A stretch of DNA of 64,000 bases. Source: Nemertoderma westbladi (lineage: Eukaryota > Animalia > Xenacoelomorpha). The position numbers and the translations under genes are program-made. Within the stretch, counting starts at the first letter, position 1. Each line of letters opens with the position of its first letter. The stretch is taken from NCBI GenBank assembly GCA_032718475.1, contig JAUCBJ010001606.1, forward strand, positions 35,436 to 99,435, read 5' to 3'. Positions 1 through 11,196 of the stretch are shown piece after piece. A model generated the notes under the pieces. That model saw only the letters and a program-made list of their open reading frames with translations, was not told the DNA's origin and searched no databases.

Positions 1-90
1 AATACTGAAATAGGATGTACCGGTACACTACAGCACTACGTACAAAGGCTCGCCTACACAGCATACATCGACAATAACAATAACAATAAC

Positions 91-935
91 AGAGATAGTT
101 TCACCTCCCTCTCCCTCCATGGGTGAGCCAGAATTTTTTTATTTTTGCTTTCAATCTTTAGCTACAAGTGTTTGAAAAAGGATATTATATATTTCACAGG
201 TTACAGTGCAATCATTCTTCAACCTTATAGTGATTTGATGGTACCAATAGAAAGCTGCTCATGCAAGGATTCCATATAATGTAAAAACATTTGAATTTGG
301 TTTGAAAATAGCTGAGATATTGGCGTTCGAATTTTGCATGTATTTGATTCCCCTGCAGGCCATTTATTCTATGTAATAAATGTACCATATTCTAGAACAT
401 TTTGTTTATTCCATACGTAGCTGCGGGCAACAATGCAATACCTCTTTAATTATACTATTACGTAGCCTATTATTATAAATGTTCTAAACAAAATAAACAA
501 AAATAAACAAAATGTTCTAGAATATGGTATTTTTATTTAATAGAATAAAATAGTCTCATGCAGATGCAAAACCATGCAACCTTTGAACGCTCATATCTCA
601 GCTATTTTTCAACGAAATTCAGATTTTGTTACATATTTGGAATCCTTTCATGACCAGCTTTCCATCAGTACCAACAAAGTAATATAATAGGGTTGAAGAA
701 TAACTGGAGTGTAACTGGTGAAATATCGCCGGAGACACCTTTTTAAACGCTTGTAGCTAAAGATTGAAAGTAAAAATAAAAATTCTGGCTCACCCATGGA
801 GGAGGATGGAGGTGGAACTATCTCTATTTCAAATTTCAGGTAATCTCATTAAGATTTGTAGAAAAAAATTTTTTTGGGGGGGGGGGGGGGGGGGGGCACG
901 TCTTGAATAACGACACTATATTCCAAGACATGATG
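91..935. mobile_element. Tc1/mariner-type foldback MITE (left end truncated), same family as 54464-56533
   Basis: Long inverted arms (gagatagtttcacctcc..catgggtgagccagaatt vs aattctggctcacccatgg..ggaactatctct). Right terminus gacactatattccaagacatgatg|ta matches the end of the 54.5-56.5 kb copy. Confidence 0.8.
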
Positions 936-1329
936 TAACATATTACTCTCTATTTGTAAATAATCTAAATTTTTTAATTTTAATTTTTTTTTACAATATG
1001 AGATTATTCGGTAAATATTTTTATTTTTTAAATAATCCACTGCCAATTCAATATTTTTATTTCTCTCTAAATACTTAATGGTTCCTACAGTTTGATACTA
1101 GTGTAAATAATTATTATATTTGTGCCAGTGTTCATTTTTATCCTCTATAATTTATAATCTACTCCCCGATATGAGATCTACTGTATTTATTATTTACTTT
1201 TATTTGAAAAATCCGTGTTTTCTTACTACAGTAATATATTTTTAAAAAATTGAATTATCAGACAAAAACAGACATACTAACTACATACTGTATATTAATT
1301 TAATTTGTTATCTTACTTATAGACTTATT

Positions 1330-1900
1330 ACAACAATAACATTTTCATCACATAGCGAGGACCCCCATGGAAACGAGACGCAGTCTCATGGAATATCTGA
1401 TTGAAGGTCTTTCCATTGGCTGTTTGGTACTTTTGTTGTTCTGTTAACTATTTTATTATGTTATCGTTATTGTTCATATTTTAATTGCGTAAATTTTAGC
1501 TGATTTGACGTCTAATAAAAAATTACAATTGCAATTCCAATGTTCCAGTAAAAATGATATGTCAATAAAATGATAAGTTAATTACATCATGTATATCATG
1601 GTGCATCAAAATGACGTGCGAGGAAATGCCTCTTAAGGTACAGTATAATCTTATTTTCAAGAGGGTCCTCCAAACCTATTTAGTTAGTTAAGTAGTTAGT
1701 AAGATCTTTAGTAAAGAATTAGTTGACTAATAAGCTGTTTGAAAGGACGATTTTCCTGACTGTAGGCCTACGACCTTTTAACAAGTGTTTGTTTAGGGCA
1801 TGTTTAAAGGACTCAAGTGTAGTCTCGAGTTTTAGCGATGATGGTAATTCGTTCCAGTATTTCGGTCCCAGATACGAGAAAGACTTGCGACCGATAGCTG
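1330..1900 (-). mobile_element. 3' fragment of a CR1/L2-group LINE (ORF2 C-terminus plus 3' UTR)
   Basis: ORF 1719-2018 contains RTAIGRKSFSYLGPKYWNELPSSLK..LESFKHAL, the typical CR1/L2 ORF2 C-terminal motif (compare GKRAFSVAAPTIWNKLP in the 11.6 kb element). Boundaries approximate. Confidence 0.7.
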
Positions 1901-2359
1901 TGCGTTTGTGGGGGGCTGTTACCACGCAGGTTATTGGATCATATGTTGTGTTGTGAGAATGTGAGTCGCTGAATGACTCATTGTCGCTGAAGTACAGTAT
2001 GAAGGCGCCAGTCGTCATTTTATTTTAAACATTTGAGTTACGACTATTTGTAGGTATAGTTAAATGTAGTCAAGGACTTCAGTAGTCCTTGGTTATACTG
2101 TAGTATAGGTAGGTCGTAGGTACAGTACAGTGCGGCTAAATATAGTAGAAGGTAGAGATACGTTGTTGTTCCACATAAAAAAGTAGCTACCGACTGCAAC
2201 TACAGTATTATACAGTAGTTAGTTGTAACATTATGGAGCTCCGCGCTAATGGCGTTGAAATATAATTATTTTAAACACATGACCCCCAGAAAGTATGTGA
2301 AATTCAATGCAACAGATTTAACCACTCAGTAATCCACTTATTGAAATACAGTATATAGT

Positions 2360-3250
2360 TAGGGATGGTACGGAGCTCCGGCTTCGGACTCAGAATTATC
2401 CGGCCTTTTTTTTTGCCCCGGGCTCCGGATTTTCTACTGATAAAGCCAGAGCCTACGCGGAGTTAATTCAATATTGTACCCGCAAATTATAACTGATTAC
2501 TTGAATAAATTATATAAAGTATTTTTTATTGAAAATATTTTGTGTAGATTTTTTTCTAAAAACTGGAGACTTTTTTTTCTTCACATTTTTTACCTGCAGG
2601 ACCCTATACTAAAATAAAGCACAAAGTAGGCCTACGAGTATACAATAAAAAGGGATATAATGAAATTATAATTAGCAGTAAAATATTCACGATAAAATTC
2701 ACAATTTTATTAATTTAATATTTTTTATTTATTGACTTGTTTTGATTTAGTATTTTGGTTAGGTTTAGTCAGTTATAGTAGTTGGCCATAATCCAAGAAA
2801 TTTAGCGAAATTTCTGAAGTAAATTTAGAAATAGCGATATTTATTATAAAATAGTGTCCATAAACGACCATTAAAATTTAACTACAAAAAACGATTAACT
2901 ACAGTACATAAAACACCATACGACATGACATATTGTGTTTTCAAACTAAAAACTGTCAAAAAACTTAAAGGCTTTGGTATCAACAATACAGTGCATCAAA
3001 TATACATTTACTAGTATGTGCAATTTGAAGTAAAAAAAACTGTCTAAATATGTAATTAAATTAATAAAAATAAGATGAGTCTAAAATTGGTTAATCTAAA
3101 ATAAAGTATGGTACAGTAGCGGCAAAATATTTACATTACACATTACCAGTCCACCACTCTCCGGCTCCGGCTCCGACCAGAGCAACTGCGGCTGAACTCC
3201 GTCACCGGATCCGGGTATAACCCTATAAATATAGCTCCGTTCCATTCCTA
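2360..3250. mobile_element. Non-autonomous DNA transposon with TAGGGATG-type TIRs (hAT-like)
   Basis: tagggatggtacggagct at 2360 vs agctccgttccattccta ending at 3250, with subterminal ctccgg/ccggag repeats at both ends. No exact TSD. Confidence 0.55.
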
Positions 3251-4066
3251 GTATATACCTTATCTTTAATGGAGTCAATGGCGGAAAAATACCGCAAACA
3301 CAAAATAAATTCTAGTGGGTTTGAAAAATAGTTTAATTTAATTAAAAACATTAAGGGAAAGGATCAGATTACAATGGCGGTGTTTTCTAACCAAAAAAGT
3401 AAACTATACCTTATTTCACTTGCAGTCAATTTGCGCTGAAGATCACTATTTTCGCGTGCGGTCAATGTGCGCCACTATCGGCTTTAATGTATATGTTCCT
3501 GAATTATTTAGAAAATTAAAGGCGTTATATCGCTGTTAAGTGTTGGTACGCAAAGGGTTCGGTTCTCTAATCTTCAATTATCCGCGATCTATTTGTTCCA
3601 CGAGTGCGTTGCGTGGCTTCGCGCAGCACGAATTCTGAGCTTTTACGGAGCAGAAATTTTGTTGACCTCTGGTCTCTCCCCCTAGTGGCTGAAAGGGGAA
3701 GTAGGAAGTTTGTATATATTTGTTTAAAGTGTGGTTTGTTTGATAGCCTACCTAGCAACCCTATCTGGGTGTTAGCTTATCTGTTTGGTGATTGTTTTTT
3801 TAATTTATAATTATGCTTTATTATAGTGTACCAGTGCAGTATGTTTTATATTGTGAATAACATTGGTATGAAAATATGCTAATCAGCTAATTCTAATTGT
3901 CCTTCAGCCGACCGCTACCGGTATCATAAATAAATCAGTGGTACTGCTCATCACAATATACTGTCATAGGCCTAAATCCATATCCGGATTTTCATCAGCT
4001 AGCAGCTAGTACAGTTGTAGTACAGTACTGCAGTAGTAAACACAACTAAATAGCATAGAATCAATA

Positions 4067-5041
4067 ATGGCAACACAAAATGGGGAGGTTAAATCTGTCA
4101 TACAACGGGTTGATATCGTAAATGTGGATACAAACGCAATCGACGTACAAAAGGAAGCTGCCAATCAATTGGCTATCGACGAGAATAATTTATACTTGGA
4201 GCATTCAGGAATGAAGTCAATCCCCGAAAACTTTAACTCTTTCTTAAAATTGGAGTCTCTATGTCTGCGAAGAAACGAGATAATTCAAATCGAGAATATC
4301 AACCATTTACTCGCTTTAAAAGATCTCGACTTATACGACAATCTTCTAACGGACATACAAGGCGTTGACACTCTAGTTAATCTCGAATCATTGGATTTAT
4401 CTTTCAATTCTTTACGAACAATTTCCAAGTTTGGAGAGAGTTTCCCAAACCTAAAGAAATTATACCTCGTCCAAACAAAGTTGGACGTTATATCTAACGT
4501 GTCGCATCTAACTTCTCTCACTATGCTGGAGTTAGGTTCGAATAGAATCCGAAATATCGAGGGATTGTCGACGTTGGTGAACTTGAGGGAACTATATCTC
4601 GGGAAGAATAAAATCCCGGAGATAACCGGTTTATCGGAGTTGGTGAATCTACGAATATTGAGTCTACAGAGCAACAGAATCACAGAGATTCGCGGATTAA
4701 ACACCTTGACTGAATTAGAAGAACTTCATCTCGACGAGAACGGAATTAAAGAGATCGAAGGTATCGAAAATCTCAATAAATTAACCACTCTCAATTTGGC
4801 CTCGAATAAAATCTCGGAGATTCAGAATGTCTCGCATCTCACGAACCTTCAAGAGTTTTGGTTCAACAACAATCTTGTCACCGATTGGGCGAACGTCGAT
4901 AGACTTTCGACTCTCAAGTCCCTTCGGACCGTCTACCTCGAACACAATCCAATATTCCAGGACAACACGTATCGGTTGAAGATAAAGTTAGCGCTGCCGT
5001 GGGTCAGTCAGATAGATGGGGGTATGACGACTACAAAGTAG
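4067..5041 (+). CDS. PPP1R7: Protein phosphatase 1 regulatory subunit 7 (SDS22), leucine-rich repeat protein, single coding exon
   Basis: SDS22-class LRRs with diagnostic segments LCLRRN, LDLYDN, MLELGSNRIR, LYLGKNKI, LQSNRIT and LQEFWFNNN, and the LRR cap TVYLEHNP..YRLKIKLALPWVSQID. AATAAA at about 5337. Confidence 0.92.
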   Translation: MATQNGEVKSVIQRVDIVNVDTNAIDVQKEAANQLAIDENNLYLEHSGMKSIPENFNSFLKLESLCLRRNEIIQIENINHLLALKDLDLYDNLLTDIQGVDTLVNLESLDLSFNSLRTISKFGESFPNLKKLYLVQTKLDVISNVSHLTSLTMLELGSNRIRNIEGLSTLVNLRELYLGKNKIPEITGLSELVNLRILSLQSNRITEIRGLNTLTELEELHLDENGIKEIEGIENLNKLTTLNLASNKISEIQNVSHLTNLQEFWFNNNLVTDWANVDRLSTLKSLRTVYLEHNPIFQDNTYRLKIKLALPWVSQIDGGMTTTK

Positions 5042-5866
5042 TTGGGTTGGTTCTGGGCGTCGAATCACTGTCTATGTGACCATTGGGTGAGGGGGGGGGG
5101 GGGGGGTGGGCCGCGTAGAGTGGGGAATGGGCGGGGGGAGGAGGCGAGAGTCATGGGAGCTGGGCCAGGATGGGGGGCGGTTTGGGTATAGAGGGCTCAC
5201 ATTACGTTCCGCACAACTTCTTAAACTATATGATTTATACTTACAGTTATGTAAATTTTGTTACGTCATTTCAAATTCAACTTATCACATATCAGCCCTC
5301 CTGTGATATCCTCCTGTCCTCGTAACGTTACAAAGTAATAAAAAATCACTTCTGGAGCACGTGTCTTTAGAATTTGATTGAGGAGGGTCAATCTCAAACT
5401 CTGTTCCACCAATTGTGTATAGATAATTATTGCCTCATTTATATTTCGTATACTATTTTATTATACTAATGTTTTGATTACAATATTATTACAATTACAT
5501 GCTACTGTAACCTGCTCCTTTCTCTTAATTTACAATTAGCGAGTGAAGCATGCTCACGTGCGAATAGTGCAATAGTGGACAAGGGTGAAGATTCCTCGGG
5601 CGAATATTCCAGGTTTAAAGTTACAAATTAAAAAAGGCTATATTTCATAAAAATTATGTTCAACCTTATACGTCATCTCTCATGTGTTCTAGTAAATGTA
5701 GTGGCCACCATGAAGTAAGTGATTTCCGGCGCAAATTGGTCGTACATGAAATATAGTGTTGTGTATTGTTTTGGGTAGGAAACTCTGACACTAATCCGTC
5801 CCTTTCTAAGTTATTAATTCTACTAAATGAATTGGAGTTGAGCTGTTAATGTAACTGTAACTAAAG

Positions 5867-6093
5867 GTGTAATATTATGGTTTTGGATTTCATTTTATGG
5901 ATATGCAACTTAAGACTGCCTGTTCAATAGAAGTGGATTAGGTGGGATAGTGAATGTCAGGGACAAGTGGCTGAACTGGTTAGCGCTACTGATGAGACCT
6001 GATAGGCTGAAACATACGTATAGTGCTGGTTTATCCCTTGGTGGCGCGCTTTCTCATTTTTTCCATTTCTGAACAAAACCATAATATTACACC
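5867..6093. mobile_element. Small MITE-like element
   Basis: 20-bp inverted repeat ggtgtaatattatggttttg / caaaaccataatattacacc. A direct repeat attaattctactaaa lies at about 5813 and 6094. Confidence 0.45.
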
Positions 6094-6363
6094 ATTAATT
6101 CTACTAAACAATTTTCATCAATCATTTTTCACCATTAAATCCCTATATGTTAGTCAATGGAAACAAAAAATTATGCTCTAATTATTTGACGTAATCGACC
6201 ATGCTGATTCTAAACAAACATGTTATAACTTCTGAAAATAAAGCATAACGAGGAGTAGCATTTTAAGTCATATATATATATATATTGTTACTCTGCAGCT
6301 AAGGGGCATACATTTTTTTTAAAATATTTAATTAAATATACTCTACTACTAAGTCGAACAAGC

Positions 6364-7580
6364 TCAGACAGTGGAAATGAGATACTTCCAGGCTTCCTGA
6401 TTCTCCATAGTAGTCGCAATTTCGTTTCTCTCAAGTTCAGTTTTATCCCTTTCAAGTTGGCTTTCAACATATACCTGTATGTCATAGCCGGTCGTCCACG
6501 GCACGCTTTCCTTGTGGTGGTTGCTAGAAAAGTAGATCTGGTATGAACTCATGTTTACTTATCCAGCATTGCCCACTGAATCTTAATCTGCGTTCATGGA
6601 GGGTGGTTGATACAGGTGGTATTGTACCATAAAGCTCGACGTTTGTCATGCGTTGTCTCCAGCTGATGTTTAGGGCTGCTCTTAGTAGTCTTGTGTAGCA
6701 ACCATCAATTCGTTGTTCAAGTGATTTAGTCAGTGTCCAGGTCTCACCCCCGTATAAAAATACACTTTCCACTGTGGCTCGAAAGAACGTAGTCTTCAGG
6801 TGCCTGGAGAGATCTGATTTCCAGATGGCATCCATTTTTGATAGAGCTACCCAAGCCTTTGCTTTCCTAACTTCTATGTCCTTTTTGCTACTCTCTATCC
6901 ATGATCCTAGGTACTGGAAGTCATCGACCTTCCTTAGTTGATTATTATCGATTGTGTCAAGTTTACATTAACATTAAAAGTCATGAATTCGGTCTTTGTA
7001 GCATTTATATGTAATCCAACCTCCTTAGCAGCCCTCTCCACTTTATGTAGTAGAAGCTGTGCATCTACCATCGTATTAAAGAGGAGGGAGATGTCATCCG
7101 CAAAGTCGGTGTCTGTGACTAGTTGCCGGATATCTACTACTTCTGCGTTCATGAAGTGTGAATCCCAGATCTTCACTTTGTGGCCGTCCTCGTTGCGTAA
7201 TCCAGTACAATTACGAATAGTAATGGCGGCAATGTGTCACCTTGCAGTACACAGCCAAGATTGAGAAGAACTCAGTATCACCATCTGCTGAGAGTATCTG
7301 AGCTTCTGTGTCACAATGTAACAATGCAATGCCAGCGACAATTAAATCTGGTATTCTAGAAACTCTTAGGATTTATAGCATTTTACCTCTATGGATGGAG
7401 TCGAATCTTGAAGTCCACAAATGTCAGGACTGGGGGGAGATTCTTTGACTTAATTCCTTAATCAGTTTTCATAGTGCAAGTATCTGAGCTATTGTTGATC
7501 TATTTGGTCGAAATCCGTTTTGGCTCTTATGCAGTAGTTTCTCCATGTGAGGCCTAATCCTATATAGAATCATTTTATTG
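6364..7580 (-). mobile_element. Degenerate RTE-clade LINE fragment (RT and C-terminus)
   Basis: Frameshifted ORFs with DTDFADDISLL, GLHINATKTEFM, FRATVESVFLYGGETWTL and RRLRFSGQCW. Confidence 0.85.
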
Positions 7581-8643
7581 TGTGTGAAGTCCCCTGTTTC
7601 TATAGGTAGCGTCTAAATTGTATTTTATACTTTATTTATCCTTATTCGCTTTTTGGAGCAGTATGTTGACTTACAAGGCAATATTTTCAAACTTCAAACA
7701 ATATCATAATGTATTTTTTTTTCTAATCGCATAAGAGCCTATTGGTCAACATCAAAACAAATTGAAGTTTACTCAGAAACGAAATCCGAATAAATAACGT
7801 TCATATCGCAACCAATTATATGCCAAATTCGGTATTTTTCCATAAAACAACAAACGATATACTTAACGATAAACACTATATTCCAGGACATGGTGTAATG
7901 CTGTAATAGTTTCTCGTTTGAAATAACCAGTTTTTGCATCTACTTGCGGCAATTTTATTATATTTATTATACATCCCACCCACATCCTATACAATATTAC
8001 TATTACTTAGCTATTTATACATAAACAAGTTCTAGAATGTGGTGTATTTATTGAATTTAATAAATGGCCTGCAGCGGCACCTTTAACTACTTAATTTTAA
8101 ATGGTTAAATCTGTTGCCATTCTCTCCATCTCTCCGGAGGTCGTGGTCGTTTCAGTGCGAATGCTTTAAGGAGACTAGCCAGGTCGTATCAATACCCGGA
8201 ATCTTTCATGGTAGCTAAAATAAGTACCTGTTACCTCTGGGGAGTATAGTTCTTGGGAGACAGCACAGGAACTAAGTCATCAGACTTTGTGATAATCGCT
8301 GCCCTATTTATTTATTCATCAGGCCTTTACGCCATCTGCGGCTATATTAAGTAAAAGGTCTAGCAAATTTAATAGTACGTTGGCATAATATTATAGTATG
8401 CCTACTAACGGTCGAAGAATTTGGTAGAATTTATGGTTTAAATGATTATCCCACACCATAAAATCACAACCATAAGGATCTATAAATTGGTGGAATTGGT
8501 TTTGTACAGCCAACTAGTACCTATATTTATTAGGTTTATTATCATAACATAATAATATAACCCTACATAGCAAATATCATTCGTGCATAAATGCAATATA
8601 TTATGGTGCCTAAATTATTGCGCTGATAAATTGCTTTATAAAC

Positions 8644-11196
8644 CTAGATGTGAAATGTCGATTGTGGTTTTATGTGTGCTTCGTATACTGGTATCTGGTT
8701 TTTCTGTGTTCCGAATGTTTCGAAAAACAACTTATCGAAACCGTTTCTGTTAAACTTGTTGGTCTTGAACAAGGCCTTGGCCTTGTTTTTGGAAGGCGAG
8801 TACCAATGCTGCCCAGACGGAACCAAACATAACCTCTGCATGCATTGACCAAGCTGCTTTTTCATTGTCGTTATTTCGTAAAAATCATCGTATGTTTGTT
8901 CCTTTCTTGATACATTGTACAAACATTTTTTATTTTCTAAGTATTCACTTATAATACTAGATTCGTCCATCTTTTTAATTTTTTCTTTTTCAATTTCGAA
9001 GATGAAATACATCATTGCAACTAAGGTTATGTCTCCGTATTCTATGTAGTGATCCCAAAATACCTTAACCATGACATATGGAAGGACTTTAATATAATAT
9101 TGTGCTGTCCAACTATATATTATATTAACCTTTAGATGCATCTTACATTCTTCAATGCCAATATTTTTGAAATGCTCATATAAATCTGGAATTTCATTCT
9201 CTATGATCCACCAAATTAGGTTTGAGTAGCTATTAACCGTTGATAAAATTTTTTTCTCATTTAGAAATACACCGATATGACGCCTCTCACTCTTTATTAG
9301 CGTTTTTAGGTACCAAAATGCATCCTCCTCACAATTTTCCCCATCATCTTCGTCATCTTTGAGGTGGAAATAGAACCAGCCGACCAGCTGATGCATTCCT
9401 TGGCAGTAATTTATATCTTTATCATATGCAGCATAAGCAGTCAAAACTTGGAAAACAAAACGATGCGCCCTGCCTGTATTCATTGTCCCGTTTTCATCTT
9501 TGTAAAACCTACTTCTTAGTGAATCAATCCAAGGAATCAGAGGATCTATTCTGGGGATATCTGTATCAATTTCTCTTAGTGTTTTCACAGATAACATGCT
9601 GTCCTGTGTTCGAGCTGTTGCCTTCAACTCCTTATATCTACCAACATTTTTTTCCTTATTCTTGAGTCTAGTTACTCCCATGATATCAATCCATTCTTTC
9701 GTTTGGGATTTTCCGGAATATTTTTTTTTGGTTTCAAATTCTTTATAATCCTCGGTACGATCGTACTTCTGAAATATAGCACATCTTTCATCCTCGATCG
9801 GATTAAATGTATGATCGGTTAAATGTTCGACTGAATCTTTTGGTGTTATTTGTGCTTTGTATACCGGTATACTGTTCTTCTTTTTTCCGAATGTTTTGTG
9901 AAACAACTCATCGAAACCGTCTCTGTTAAACGTATTGGAGGTGAAACAGGTTGGTGGAGCCACACATAATCTCTGCATGCATTCATCAAGCTGCTTTTTA
10001 ATTTTGGTTATTTCAGATTCATCGCATTTTTTTCCTTTTTTATGCAGCCTTTTTTGGTTTGAACTTTTTTCATTTATGTGATTACCTAAATTTTTAATGT
10101 AATTTAGCGTATCACCCACTTTGTCAATCTCTTTTATTTCTTCTTTGTACATTTCGAAGATGCAATACGTCATTGCAACTAAGGTTATGTCTCCGTATTC
10201 TACGTAGCGATCCCAAAATACCTTAACCATGTCATATGGAAAGACCGGAATATAATATTGCATTGCCCAACTAAATACAATTGAGTTTATTAGTATCTTC
10301 GTATCAGTATCTATATGTTCAATGCCAATATTTTTGAAATGCTCATATAGATCTGGAATTTCATTCTCTATGATCCACCAAATTAGTTGTGGGTATTTTT
10401 CGTTTGTAAATATCATTTTTTTCTCATCAACAAATACACCCATATGACGCCTTTCACTTTTTATTATCGTTTTTAGGAACCAAAATGCGTCCTCCTCACA
10501 ATTTTCACCATCATCTTCACCATCTTCGAGGTGGAAATAGAACCAGCCGACCAGCTGATGCATTCCTGTGCAGTAATTTATATCTTTATCATATGCCGCA
10601 TAAGCAGTCAAAACTTGGAAAATGAAACGATGAGCCCTGCCTGTCTTCATTTTACCATATTTATCTTCTGTACAGCTAAAAAACTCACTTCTTGGTGAAT
10701 CAACCCAAGGAAACAGATAAGCTGAGCCTAGTTGATCTGTATCAATATCTCTTAGTGTTTCCATAGATATCATCCTGTCATGTGTTCGAGCTGTTGCCTT
10801 CAACTTCTTATATCTACCAACATTTTTTTCCTTATTCTTGCGTCTAGTTACTCCCATGATATCCATCCATTCTTTCGTTTTGGATTTTCCGGTATATTTT
10901 TTTTTGGTTTCAAGTTCTTTATAATCCTTGGTACGATCGTACTTCTGAAATATAGCACATCTTTCAGCGTAATCGTTTTGTCGTTGATAATCGCGATCGG
11001 TTAATTGTTCGACTGGAGTCGAATTGGATATTGAGGACCCCTTCGTGGAATCTCTTCTTTGTTTACTTATCAACATTGAGCTGCCATTGTTTTGGCGAAT
11101 GGGTGGAAGGTCAGTAGATAATTCGTCTTCAGGTTTGCAAGTTTGAGATGAACTAACATCTTGGCCACTACGAGATGTTCCACAATACGCATCCAT
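8644..11196 (-). CDS. Double-TBC (Rab-GAP) domain protein, USP6NL/RN-tre-like, paralogue 1 (domain 1 catalytically degenerate)
   Basis: Uninterrupted 850-aa ORF with two repeats of ERxxIFxKYD..IDTDxx(R/G)..FQVLTAYAAYD..YC(Q/T)GM..EEDAFW..FWD.Y.EYG...LVAM. AATAAA on the - strand about 110 nt past the stop. Confidence 0.88.
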   Translation of the reverse strand: MDAYCGTSRSGQDVSSSQTCKPEDELSTDLPPIRQNNGSSMLISKQRRDSTKGSSISNSTPVEQLTDRDYQRQNDYAERCAIFQKYDRTKDYKELETKKKYTGKSKTKEWMDIMGVTRRKNKEKNVGRYKKLKATARTHDRMISMETLRDIDTDQLGSAYLFPWVDSPRSEFFSCTEDKYGKMKTGRAHRFIFQVLTAYAAYDKDINYCTGMHQLVGWFYFHLEDGEDDGENCEEDAFWFLKTIIKSERRHMGVFVDEKKMIFTNEKYPQLIWWIIENEIPDLYEHFKNIGIEHIDTDTKILINSIVFSWAMQYYIPVFPYDMVKVFWDRYVEYGDITLVAMTYCIFEMYKEEIKEIDKVGDTLNYIKNLGNHINEKSSNQKRLHKKGKKCDESEITKIKKQLDECMQRLCVAPPTCFTSNTFNRDGFDELFHKTFGKKKNSIPVYKAQITPKDSVEHLTDHTFNPIEDERCAIFQKYDRTEDYKEFETKKKYSGKSQTKEWIDIMGVTRLKNKEKNVGRYKELKATARTQDSMLSVKTLREIDTDIPRIDPLIPWIDSLRSRFYKDENGTMNTGRAHRFVFQVLTAYAAYDKDINYCQGMHQLVGWFYFHLKDDEDDGENCEEDAFWYLKTLIKSERRHIGVFLNEKKILSTVNSYSNLIWWIIENEIPDLYEHFKNIGIEECKMHLKVNIIYSWTAQYYIKVLPYVMVKVFWDHYIEYGDITLVAMMYFIFEIEKEKIKKMDESSIISEYLENKKCLYNVSRKEQTYDDFYEITTMKKQLGQCMQRLCLVPSGQHWYSPSKNKAKALFKTNKFNRNGFDKLFFETFGTQKNQIPVYEAHIKPQSTFHI

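Noticed and set aside
4285-4704. Antisense and overlapping short ORFs across SDS22, the TBC genes, the LINE and the LTR element
   Set aside because: Shadows of real coding frames with no independent motifs.
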